DNA of 54,110 nt from Microbacteriaceae bacterium (GTDB taxonomy: Bacteria; Actinomycetota; Actinomycetes; Actinomycetales; Microbacteriaceae): assembly GCA_021741825.1 (NCBI GenBank), contig JAIOXB010000001.1, positions 1-54,110 of the forward strand, written 5' to 3'. Below the pieces are notes generated by a model. That model had not been told where the DNA came from, ran no database searches, and saw only the letters and a list, made by a program, of their open reading frames with translations. The position numbers were made by a program, and so were the translations under genes. Positions 21,262-29,813 of this stretch are shown one piece after another (position 1 is the stretch's first letter; each line of letters begins with the position of its first letter).

Positions 21262-22449
21262 CTAATCCACGGTCACGTAGTCGGGGCCGCTGTAGTGGCC
21301 GGTGGTCATCTTCTGGCGTTGCAGAAGAACATCGTTGAGCAGGCTGGACGCCCCGAATCGGAAAAGGTGCGGGTCGATCCACTCTTCGCCAGCAACTTCG
21401 GCGACGGCCACGAGGTAGCGAATGGCGTCTTTGGATTGACGGATGCCGCCGGCTGGCTTCACACCAATGCGTTCACCGGTCAGGTTGAACCAATCACGGA
21501 CGACCTCGAGCATCAACACGGTCGTCGGAAGCGTCGCAGCGGGTTGAACCTTGCCGGTCGACGTTTTGATGAAATCGGCACCCGCGAGAATCGCGAGCCA
21601 TGACGCGCGCTTGATGTTGTCGTACGTTCGCAGTTCGCCCGTTTCGAAAATGACCTTGAGATGCGCGCGCGTTCCGTCGGCGCGGCCACACGCGCGGTGA
21701 ACCGCGACAATTTCGTTGAACACGGTGTCGAGGTCTCCGGAGAGAAAGGCTCCGCGATCGATTACCATGTCGATTTCGGTTGCACCCTGAGCGACGGCAT
21801 AGCGCGTGTCGGCCAGTTTGATCTCGAGAGTCGAGCGACCGCTGGGGAACGCGGTGGCAACCGACGCGACACCGATTCCAGTCACACCGTCACCCTTGTG
21901 GGACCCCAAGGCGGCAACGGCGTGCTGCACCATATCGGGATACACGCACACCGCGGCGACGCGCGGCGCCGTCGGGTCGGCGGGATCGGGCAGAATCGCT
22001 TTCCGCACAAGTGACCGAACCTTGCCCGGAGTATCCGCGCCCTCGAGCGTCGTGAGGTCGATGAGTCGAATAATGGTGTCGAGCGCAGCGCGCTTGGAAT
22101 CATTCTTGATAGACCTCGTTGCGAGGCGGGCGGCGCGCTCCTCCAGCCCAATCGCATCAACGGCGGCAAGCCCGCACAAGAACGCGCGAAGTGACGCCGA
22201 GTCGGTCACGCCGTGTGCACGCGAGCGGTCGGTGGCCGTGATGCCGCTTATCGGGCGAATCTCGGCATCATCGGCACTGTCAACAATCGAAATCGCAACG
22301 ATTCCCGATTCTCGGGCGAGAGCCAACAAGCGGCCCGCCTTCCAGCGAGTGATCCCGAGGATGTCCCCGATTTCGTCTTGCGTCTTGCCGTCGTCGTAAT
22401 ACAGTCGAGCTGCGCGAAGCGCGAGCTCGGTGTCCGAAATTTCTATCAC
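21262..22449 (-). CDS. deoC: Deoxyribose-phosphate aldolase fused to an N-terminal SorC/DeoR-type HTH
   Basis: aa 1-57 read AARLYYDDGKTQDEIGDILGITRWKAGRLLALARESGIV. The DeoC core has IDLTTL, EIDMVI, ADFIKTSTG and GVKPAGGIR. One continuous frame. Confidence 0.9.
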   Translation of the reverse strand: MIEISDTELALRAARLYYDDGKTQDEIGDILGITRWKAGRLLALARESGIVAISIVDSADDAEIRPISGITATDRSRAHGVTDSASLRAFLCGLAAVDAIGLEERAARLATRSIKNDSKRAALDTIIRLIDLTTLEGADTPGKVRSLVRKAILPDPADPTAPRVAAVCVYPDMVQHAVAALGSHKGDGVTGIGVASVATAFPSGRSTLEIKLADTRYAVAQGATEIDMVIDRGAFLSGDLDTVFNEIVAVHRACGRADGTRAHLKVIFETGELRTYDNIKRASWLAILAGADFIKTSTGKVQPAATLPTTVLMLEVVRDWFNLTGERIGVKPAGGIRQSKDAIRYLVAVAEVAGEEWIDPHLFRFGASSLLNDVLLQRQKMTTGHYSGPDYVTVD

Positions 22450-22455
22450 TCGTTC

Positions 22456-22495
22456 AGCCTATGCGCATATGCGCAGAATGCCAACATTTGCGCAA
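22456..22495 (-). promoter_or_regulatory. Leaderless promoter and candidate operator for HTH-deoC
   Basis: -10 TAGGCT (22456-22461) is 6 nt from GTG. Perfect palindrome TGCGCATATGCGCA (22462-22475) abuts it. Second palindrome TTGCGCAA at 22488-22495. Confidence 0.7.
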
Positions 22496-22501
22496 CGGCG
22501 T

Positions 22502-23431
22502 CTACAGGTGAATCGTGCCGTCCGCAATGAGCGCTCTGATGTCGGCGAAATCCTTGTGGAGCGCGGCGATGAGATCGTCGACCGACCCGAACGCCTCGAT
22601 GTCGCGAATCCAGTGGGTGAAACCCACCTCCGCGATCGAGCCGTAGGCGTCGAACTCGGCGTCCAGGGCGTGCGCTTCGACTTGGTCGCGGGTGACGTCG
22701 GTGAATGTCGGGTTCTTTCCGACGGAAATACCGGCAAGAAAGTCCTGTCCGTGAACACGCAGGATCCCCGCGTAGACGCCGGGCCTCGGGATCATGCCCT
22801 CGTTGTTCTCCTCGAGGTTCACCGTGGGATACCCCAGAACTCGCCCGCGCTGGTGTCCGTGAACAACAAGCCCGCGAACGCGATGAGGCCTCCCCAGCAG
22901 TTCCGTGGCGGTTTCCACGTCACCCGAACGTAGCGCTTCTCGAATTGTCGAGGACGAGACTTTGGTTTCCCCGTCCACGCAGACGTGGTCGAGCGTGACG
23001 ACCTCGAAGCCTGCCGTCGCGCCGCGAGCAACCAACGTCTCGATTTTTCCGGCACCCTTTGCCCCGAAGCGGAAATCAGAGCCGACGAGAACAAGAGAAG
23101 CGGACAGCCCGGTGACCACAATGTCATCGATGAACGCGTCGGGCGACATCGCCGCGAACTCGGTCGTGAACGGAAGGACGACGACACGGTCAGCACCAGC
23201 ATTCAGCAGTGCCTCGACCTTTTGGGGGACCGACAAGATCGGCTGCGGTGCGCGAGCGGGGTCGAACAATTCCAGTGGATGACGATCAAAAGTGACGACG
23301 ACCACACGCCGGCCGTTCGCCCGAGCACGGAGCTGCGAGACCACTTCGTGGTGCCCAATGTGAACACCGTCGAATTTGCCGATCGTGATGACCGAGTCGA
23401 CGCCGTCACTCGGCAGTGGCCACTCGGTCAT
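22502..23431 (-). CDS. ribF: Bifunctional riboflavin kinase/FAD synthetase
   Basis: GKFDGVHIGH, VSSSTIR, RGRVLGYPTVN and EAH motifs. Start re-called to ATG 23431 (ATGA overlap). Confidence 0.96.
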   Translation of the reverse strand: MTEWPLPSDGVDSVITIGKFDGVHIGHHEVVSQLRARANGRRVVVVTFDRHPLELFDPARAPQPILSVPQKVEALLNAGADRVVVLPFTTEFAAMSPDAFIDDIVVTGLSASLVLVGSDFRFGAKGAGKIETLVARGATAGFEVVTLDHVCVDGETKVSSSTIREALRSGDVETATELLGRPHRVRGLVVHGHQRGRVLGYPTVNLEENNEGMIPRPGVYAGILRVHGQDFLAGISVGKNPTFTDVTRDQVEAHALDAEFDAYGSIAEVGFTHWIRDIEAFGSVDDLIAALHKDFADIRALIADGTIHL

Positions 23432-23793
23432 CGGGTTTCCCACGCCCACCACAGCCCAAGGACGGGAAGCAGCACCGGAGTGTAGCCATATCCAACACCA
23501 AAGTATGACCACACCGAATTCGCATGGAACAACGCCGGGATGAAATAAGTCAACATTCCGACACTCAGCACCCCGATGAGTTCGATGACCATGACGGTGA
23601 TGGCGAATCTACGCCATTTGCGCGCGATGGCCAGGACGGCGAGGAAGTAGTGCGCTGCCGCGATGGCGGACAGCGTGTAGGCAAACGGCGCTTCCGGGAA
23701 CTTCGTCGCAATTTGGAATGCACTCCTGCCAGTCGCCGCCAACGCGAGAATCAGATAACCGACGATCAAGAGTCGCGAGAGTCCAACGGTCAC
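23428..23793 (-). CDS. Conserved actinobacterial membrane protein (LAATGRS motif), 'memB'
   Basis: 121-aa hydrophobic ORF with [12 protein letters not shown], coupled to the lepA stop and the ribF start. Confidence 0.8.
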   Translation of the reverse strand: MTVGLSRLLIVGYLILALAATGRSAFQIATKFPEAPFAYTLSAIAAAHYFLAVLAIARKWRRFAITVMVIELIGVLSVGMLTYFIPALFHANSVWSYFGVGYGYTPVLLPVLGLWWAWETR

Positions 23794-25637
23794 TTCTTGT
23801 CCTTCTTTTCGGTGTCCCCCGACAAGGCGGCGATGAACGCTTCCTGGGGGACTTCGACGCGACCGACCATCTTCATGCGCTTCTTCCCAGCCTTTTGCTT
23901 CTCGAGCAGTTTGCGCTTACGACTGATGTCGCCGCCGTAACACTTTGCGAGCACGTCCTTGCGCATGGCTCGAATACTCTCTCGCGCGATGATGCGCGCG
24001 CCAATGGCCGCCTGAATGGGGACCTCGAATTGCTGGCGGGGAATGAGTTCGCGCAGTCGCGACGTCATCATCACACCGTAGGCGTAGGCCTTGTCGCGGT
24101 GGACAATCGCCGAGAACGCATCGACCTGCTCGCCCTGCAACAGAATGTCGACCTTCACGAGGTCGGCCTCCTGTTCTCCGGACGGTTCATAGTCCAGCGA
24201 CGCATAACCGGCGGTCCGAGATTTGAGGTTGTCAAAGAAGTCGAAAACGATTTCACCAAGGGGAATCGTGTATTTGATTTCGACGCGATCCTCCCCCAGA
24301 TAGTCCATTCCAATCAGGGTTCCGCGCCGAGTCTGGCATAGTTCCATGATCGTGCCGACGTAATCCTTGGGTGCGAGCACCGCCGCGCGGACGATGGGTT
24401 CGCGGACCGACTTGATTTTTCCGACCGGATATTCCGAGGGGTTCGTGACCTCGATTTCTTTACCGTCGTCGGTCAAGACGTTGTACACAACGCTGGGGGC
24501 GGTGGCAATGAGGTCGAGCCCGAACTCGCGCTCGAGACGCTCGGTGATGATTTCGAGGTGAAGCAGTCCGAGGAACCCGCAACGGAAACCGAACCCGAGG
24601 GCGACCGAGGTTTCCGGTTCATAAACGAGCGACGCGTCGCTCAGCTTCAGCTTGTCGAGCGCTTCGCGCAAATCCGGGAAGTCCGCTCCGTCGATCGGGT
24701 ACAACCCCGAGTACACCATTGGCTTCGGGTCGGTGTATCCATCGAGAGCAATCTTTGCCGGCTTCGCGAGGTTTGTCACCGTATCGCCGACCTTTGACTG
24801 TCGGACGTCTTTCACACCGGTAATGAGGTATCCCACCTCGCCAACGCCGAGCCCTTCGGATTCCGTCTGTTCTGGGGACGAGACACCGATTTCCAAAAGT
24901 TCGTGTGCAGCCCGAGTCGACATCATCTGGATTTTTTCGCGCGGACTCAGGGAACCGTCCACGACGCGCACGTAGGTCACGACGCCCCGATAGGAGTCAT
25001 AGACCGAGTCGAAAATCATGGCGCGCGCGGGTGCGGAAGGGTCGCCGACCGGGGCGGGAATCTTCTCGACGACTCGATCGAGGAGTTCGTCCACGCCGAC
25101 ACCGGTCTTTCCCGAGACACGCATCACGTCGTCTGGGTTTCCACCGATAAGAGAGGCGAGTTCCTTCGCGTATTTTTCCGGATCCGCCGACGGAAGATCA
25201 ATCTTGTTGAGTACGGGAATGATTTCGAGATCGTTCTCGAGGGCGAGGTAGAGGTTCGCGAGCGTCTGTGCTTCGATCCCCTGGGCTGCATCGACCAGCA
25301 GAATTGCGCCTTCACACGCCGCGAGCGATCGGGAGACCTCGTACGAGAAGTCGACGTGACCGGGGGTGTCGATCATGTTGAGCGCGTAATCGACGCCGTC
25401 CACGGCCCACGGCATGCGCACGGCCTGGCTCTTGATTGTGATTCCCCGTTCGCGCTCGATGTCCATTCGATCGAGGTACTGGGCACGCATCTCGCGATCG
25501 CCGACAATTCCGGTGATACCCAGCATTCGGTCTGCCAGCGTTGATTTTCCGTGATCGATGTGCGCGATGATGCAGAAGTTGCGAATAATCGACGGGTCCG
25601 TGCGTGACGGAATCGGCGGCTTCAGGGAACGGGACAT
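23790..25637 (-). CDS. lepA: Elongation factor 4
   Basis: [26 protein letters not shown] and [18 protein letters not shown] motifs. Confidence 0.98.
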   Translation of the reverse strand: MSRSLKPPIPSRTDPSIIRNFCIIAHIDHGKSTLADRMLGITGIVGDREMRAQYLDRMDIERERGITIKSQAVRMPWAVDGVDYALNMIDTPGHVDFSYEVSRSLAACEGAILLVDAAQGIEAQTLANLYLALENDLEIIPVLNKIDLPSADPEKYAKELASLIGGNPDDVMRVSGKTGVGVDELLDRVVEKIPAPVGDPSAPARAMIFDSVYDSYRGVVTYVRVVDGSLSPREKIQMMSTRAAHELLEIGVSSPEQTESEGLGVGEVGYLITGVKDVRQSKVGDTVTNLAKPAKIALDGYTDPKPMVYSGLYPIDGADFPDLREALDKLKLSDASLVYEPETSVALGFGFRCGFLGLLHLEIITERLEREFGLDLIATAPSVVYNVLTDDGKEIEVTNPSEYPVGKIKSVREPIVRAAVLAPKDYVGTIMELCQTRRGTLIGMDYLGEDRVEIKYTIPLGEIVFDFFDNLKSRTAGYASLDYEPSGEQEADLVKVDILLQGEQVDAFSAIVHRDKAYAYGVMMTSRLRELIPRQQFEVPIQAAIGARIIARESIRAMRKDVLAKCYGGDISRKRKLLEKQKAGKKRMKMVGRVEVPQEAFIAALSGDTEKKDKK

Positions 25638-25800
25638 CGTTCTCTATTGTTTCACGCCTCGCGGTCGCTATTCGCCGTTCGCCTCTGGTAACGTAGGTTC
25701 TTGGCTTGCGTGCAAAGGCCCTCTCTCCGATGCACGGAACGACACCGGGATTCGCATTACCCCATCTCGGTTCGACACCACTCACCTAAGGAAACCATTC

Positions 25801-26244
25801 GTGGCAAATATCAAGTCGCAGATTAAGCGAATCAAGACGAACCTCAAGGCGCAAGAGCGCAACAGGGCTGTGAAGAGCGAACTCAAGACCGTCATTCGCG
25901 TCGCGCGCGAGGCAATTGCGTCGGGCGACAAGTCGACCGCCGTCAACGCCGTAGCCGTGGCAACGCGCAAGATTGACAAGGCCGTGTCGAAGGGCGTCAT
26001 TCACAAGAACCAGGCAGCGAACCGCAAGTCGGCAATCGCCGCCCAAGCTGCCGCAATCTCGGGCGACGCCAAGGTGACCAAGGCTCCGGCCAAGGCCGCC
26101 TCAAAGGCCCCGGCCAAAAAGGCTCCGGCCAAGACCGCGGCAAAGGCCCCGGCCAAGAAGGCGGCACCTAAGGCAGCAGCGAAGGCTCCGGCCAAGGCTC
26201 CAGCCAAGGCTCCAGCAAAGAAGGCCGCCGCTCCGAAGGAATAA
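25801..26244 (+). CDS. rpsT: 30S ribosomal protein bS20 with Lys/Ala/Pro-rich C-terminal extension
   Basis: GTG start with [17 protein letters not shown]...[14 protein letters not shown] core of about 86 aa plus a 61-aa tail. Confidence 0.96.
   Translation: MANIKSQIKRIKTNLKAQERNRAVKSELKTVIRVAREAIASGDKSTAVNAVAVATRKIDKAVSKGVIHKNQAANRKSAIAAQAAAISGDAKVTKAPAKAASKAPAKKAPAKTAAKAPAKKAAPKAAAKAPAKAPAKAPAKKAAAPKE
26080..26220 (+). repeat. Imperfect 12-nt coding repeats (AAGGCYCCRGCC) encoding KAPA
   Basis: Seven KAPA units, the last three directly in tandem. Confidence 0.85.
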
Positions 26245-26261
26245 CTCTTTCGATTCACCCT

Positions 26262-26291
26262 CGACGGCTCTCGGGAAACCGGGGGCCGTCG
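26262..26291. terminator. Intrinsic terminator hairpin between convergent rpsT and holA
   Basis: CGACGGCTCTCGG-GAAA-CCGGGGGCCGTCG followed by TTGTGT. Confidence 0.8.
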
Positions 26292-26299
26292 TTGTGTGT

Positions 26300-27286
26300 C
26301 TAGGTGCGGGACGCGACGCGGTCGACCATGCGCTCAACTGCGAATTCTGGGTCGCGACCAGCGCCTTTGACCATCGAATCAGCCTCGGCTACGGCAAGGA
26401 TTGCCTTACCGAGAGTTGGCCCGGTCCATTTCCGAAGCGCGCTGCGAGTCTTGTCGATCATCCACGGCGGCATGCCCAATTCTTTGGCCGCGTTACTTGG
26501 CGACCCCGTGTACCCGCCGACCTTGGCGAGTTGTCGAAGTTTGGCCGCAAACGCTGCGATCAGCGGGACGGGGTCGACGCCGGATTGAATCGCATGGCGC
26601 AACAACCGGAGTGCCTCGGCCCGATTGCCATCGATCGCCATGTCGGCCACCGCGAACGATGTCACTTCTTCACGCCCTTGGTAATAGGTGTCAACGAATT
26701 CCTTCGTGATGGGTTTCCCCAGCGCGTCACTCGCGATTTGGTCACACGCTGCGGCGAGTTCCGCAAGGTCCCCCGCGAACGCCTCGACAAGAGCGCCTAC
26801 GGCGGCGCGGTCGGCCTTCGCTCCGAGTCGATTGAATTCCGCAGCGACGAACTGGGCGCGGTCGGCGTCCTTTTTGATCTCGGCACATTCGACCTCGAGG
26901 GTTGTCGGATGGGCCCGAAGAGTGTCCAGCAATTTCTTGCCACGGTTGCCGCCGCCGTGTCGCACGATGACGATGACATCGTCGGCGATCACCTCGAGAT
27001 AGGACTGGATGTCAGCAACGAATTCGTCCCCGCCCGATTCGCCGTTGGCGATTCGAATCATGCGGGCTTCGCCGAACAACGAGGGGCTAGCGACGTCAAG
27101 GAGTGTCCCGACCGCATAGTTAGCCGCGTCGAGATCGGTGACTTCGAGTTCGGGTTGCGCAATTCGCACGCGGTCGCGCAACTCGCGGAAAACGCGATCG
27201 GCGAGGTAGGACTCAGAGCCCGTCACGAGCACAATGGGGGCTTCGCGCATACCGTGCCACGGCACTACCTCGGTTTTCGACATCAT
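26300..27286 (-). CDS. holA: DNA polymerase III delta subunit
   Basis: SPSLFGE motif and LGMPPW; standard position after comEC. Start re-called to ATG 27286. Confidence 0.9.
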   Translation of the reverse strand: MMSKTEVVPWHGMREAPIVLVTGSESYLADRVFRELRDRVRIAQPELEVTDLDAANYAVGTLLDVASPSLFGEARMIRIANGESGGDEFVADIQSYLEVIADDVIVIVRHGGGNRGKKLLDTLRAHPTTLEVECAEIKKDADRAQFVAAEFNRLGAKADRAAVGALVEAFAGDLAELAAACDQIASDALGKPITKEFVDTYYQGREEVTSFAVADMAIDGNRAEALRLLRHAIQSGVDPVPLIAAFAAKLRQLAKVGGYTGSPSNAAKELGMPPWMIDKTRSALRKWTGPTLGKAILAVAEADSMVKGAGRDPEFAVERMVDRVASRT

Positions 27287-29157
27287 TCCTCCATGTTCAG
27301 TGTAAATCGGGGCTCGGTCGCTCGTTCGCGCCACACCCGCAACTCACCGGCAGCCGTTCGCCACACAAGGACGATTCCATTGAGGTCGCTTCGCGCGACG
27401 GTCGACCCGGCGCCCGCGAGCACATCGAGGGTCTCGGCCGTCGGATGACCGTACTCGTTGTCGGCGCCCACCCCGATTAGCGCGACGGGAGCTCGGACAC
27501 GGCGATACAGTTCGGGATCCTGGTCTCTGGACCCGTGGTGGCTGACCTTGACGACGTCTATCGACACGATGCCACCAGCGAGGCGCATCATTGTTTGTTC
27601 CGCTCGCGGTAAATCTCCGAGGGCGAGACCTGTCACGCACGTCGAGTCACACCCGGTGGTTCGTTCGACAAGAAGGGTCACGCTCGAGGGATTCCCCAAC
27701 TCTCGAGGATTGCTGTCGCTCGGCCACAACACCCGCCAGTGCAGTCGGCCTATCGCCCCGGTGAGTCCGCGTTCGGCGGATACGATTCGGGCACCACCCG
27801 CCCGTAGCTCTTCGATGATTGCGATGTCGGCGTCACCGTCGGGTGGCCCGTGAAGAACGGTTTCGACACGCCCGACTACTGCGCCATAGCCCCCCGCGTG
27901 ATCGACATCGAAATGCGTGAGCACAAGGATGTCGATGTGGGCGACGCCGAGCGCCGAAAGGCATTCTCGAATGGGCGGTTCTGTTCGCCCGGTGTCGATG
28001 AGCGCAACCACCCCGGCGTCGCGCACGAGGACGGCATCGCCCTGTCCTACGTCGCACTGCGCCCAGGACCAATCGTGAGGTGCGCTCGCCCAGGCGACGC
28101 GACTCGCGCCGAGGGTTGACGCGAGGCCCAGTGTTGCCGCGACCACCGCGACCAGCCCGCCCAGAGCGCGCCAGCGCCCTAACACCACCGCGACGATTCC
28201 GAAAGAAACCGAGGCCGCGAGCACAATCCCCCACTCCCCCGGTGGCCACGGAAGACGAGCGACGGGAAGCGCCGCTCCTGTTCGCGCGATTGCCGCAACG
28301 AGGCCGGCCATTGCGGTCGCCATCGCCAGCAGTCCGTCCGACACGAACGGCATCGGGGACAGCACGATCGCCAACAACCCGAACACGGTTGCGAAGGGAA
28401 TCAAGGGCTCGGCGAGAATGTTCGCCACGATTCCGTACATCGGTATGTATGGCGAGAACCCGAGGACGATGGGTTGACACGCAATGGCCGCACTCAAGGG
28501 GATTGCCACCGCGATCGCGACCGGAGTCGGCATCCACCGTGTGGCAATCTTTGTCAACGGTCGTGCGAGCACCAGTAATCCCAGCGTTGCGGATACGGAT
28601 AGTGCGAAGCCGACGGAGTGAGAAAGCGTCGGATCGAACATCAACGCCACGAGAATCGCGGCGCACAGCGCGGTTGCTCCGGCCACGGGACGTCCCCACA
28701 GTAGAGCGGCGAGCCCGATGGTCGCCATGATGGACGAACGAATGACGCTCGGATCTGGCCCGACCACGATGACGAAACTCGCAAGAGCGACCGCGCTCGC
28801 GGCAACCCGTCCCCACAGGGGTGCTCGGCAGAGCGCCGCAATTCCAAACGCAAGCCCGACCACGATGGCGCAATTCGACCCGCTCACGGCCATGAGGTGC
28901 GTCAACGATGTGACCTGCATCGCTTCGGACAACGATTCAGAGATTGCATCGGTGTTTCCCAGAACCAATCCGGGGACAAGCGCCCCCGCGTCGCCCGCCC
29001 ACCGCGATGCGCGGAGCAGAAAGTCCTCGTGAAGGTCGTCAACCCACGGGAAGAGTTGGCCGGCCTCGCGCCGATAGCCCGTTGACTTTGTTAACCACCA
29101 GGCGACGATCCACGCTGCTGCTGCCGGGAAAGCGAGAACCGGAACCCGGTTGATCAC
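27283..29157 (-). CDS. comEC: ComEC/Rec2 DNA uptake channel with MBL domain, N-terminally shortened
   Basis: HLMAVSGSN, PSVIRS, GFALSVSAT, DVGQGDA, THFDVDH and KVSHHGS motifs. Confidence 0.92.
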   Translation of the reverse strand: MINRVPVLAFPAAAAWIVAWWLTKSTGYRREAGQLFPWVDDLHEDFLLRASRWAGDAGALVPGLVLGNTDAISESLSEAMQVTSLTHLMAVSGSNCAIVVGLAFGIAALCRAPLWGRVAASAVALASFVIVVGPDPSVIRSSIMATIGLAALLWGRPVAGATALCAAILVALMFDPTLSHSVGFALSVSATLGLLVLARPLTKIATRWMPTPVAIAVAIPLSAAIACQPIVLGFSPYIPMYGIVANILAEPLIPFATVFGLLAIVLSPMPFVSDGLLAMATAMAGLVAAIARTGAALPVARLPWPPGEWGIVLAASVSFGIVAVVLGRWRALGGLVAVVAATLGLASTLGASRVAWASAPHDWSWAQCDVGQGDAVLVRDAGVVALIDTGRTEPPIRECLSALGVAHIDILVLTHFDVDHAGGYGAVVGRVETVLHGPPDGDADIAIIEELRAGGARIVSAERGLTGAIGRLHWRVLWPSDSNPRELGNPSSVTLLVERTTGCDSTCVTGLALGDLPRAEQTMMRLAGGIVSIDVVKVSHHGSRDQDPELYRRVRAPVALIGVGADNEYGHPTAETLDVLAGAGSTVARSDLNGIVLVWRTAAGELRVWRERATEPRFTLNMEE

Positions 29158-29753
29158 AGGGTGATTTTGTCGCGCATCCCCGCCAGGGTGAGGTCGCCGA
29201 TTCCGGGTACCTCTAAGAGCGATTCCACTCCCGCGAAGGGTCCGTGTTGGTCGCGGTACGCGACGATTCTTTCCGCCAGCGTTGCCCCGATTCTAGGAAG
29301 CGTGTCGAAGTCTTGTGCCGTCGCCGTGTTGATGTTCACCTTTTCAGATTGAGAACTTGCGGCGCGACGTGACCGAGCGTCGCCCGTTGCCCCGACGATG
29401 ATTTGCTCGCCGTCTTGAACGATTCGGGCCAGGTTGAGGGAAGCCGGGTCCGCGTTCGCCGCTAGTCCTCCCGCCATCGAGACGGCATCCATGACCCTCG
29501 AGTCCATGGGCACTTCGTACACGCCCGGCTCAGCGACTGCGCCGACCACTTGCACAATCAGAGTCTCGGTTGACAGTGTGTTGACGTGTGCACCGGCCGT
29601 GGGTTCCACCGCGACCTCGCCCGAGCCACTCGTGGCGTTCGACCACAGTGAACCGATCACCGCGACAGCGGCGACTCCCGCACCAGCCGAGACGAGCAAT
29701 TTACGACGTGACGTCGGATTTTCGGGAACCGCCTTGACGAACCATTCGACCAT
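29154..29753 (-). CDS. comEA: ComEA DNA receptor (TM-SLBB-HhH)
   Basis: VQVVGAVAEPGVY, LNLARIVQDGEQI, VNINTA and LPRIG motifs. Confidence 0.93.
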   Translation of the reverse strand: MVEWFVKAVPENPTSRRKLLVSAGAGVAAVAVIGSLWSNATSGSGEVAVEPTAGAHVNTLSTETLIVQVVGAVAEPGVYEVPMDSRVMDAVSMAGGLAANADPASLNLARIVQDGEQIIVGATGDARSRRAASSQSEKVNINTATAQDFDTLPRIGATLAERIVAYRDQHGPFAGVESLLEVPGIGDLTLAGMRDKITL

Positions 29754-29813
29754 GGCGACACGCTATTCGCTCAGGATGAGCCGCGGGCTCGCCGCGGGCC
29801 GATTGTGGAAAAC

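Noticed and set aside
25558-25800. N-terminal extension of S20 (228-aa ORF)
   Set aside because: It overlaps the lepA start and promoter region. The canonical MANIKS start with SD is at 25801.
26080-26220. Repeats considered as a CRISPR array or non-coding VNTR
   Set aside because: They are in-frame coding repeats with synonymous variation, no unique spacers and no cas genes.
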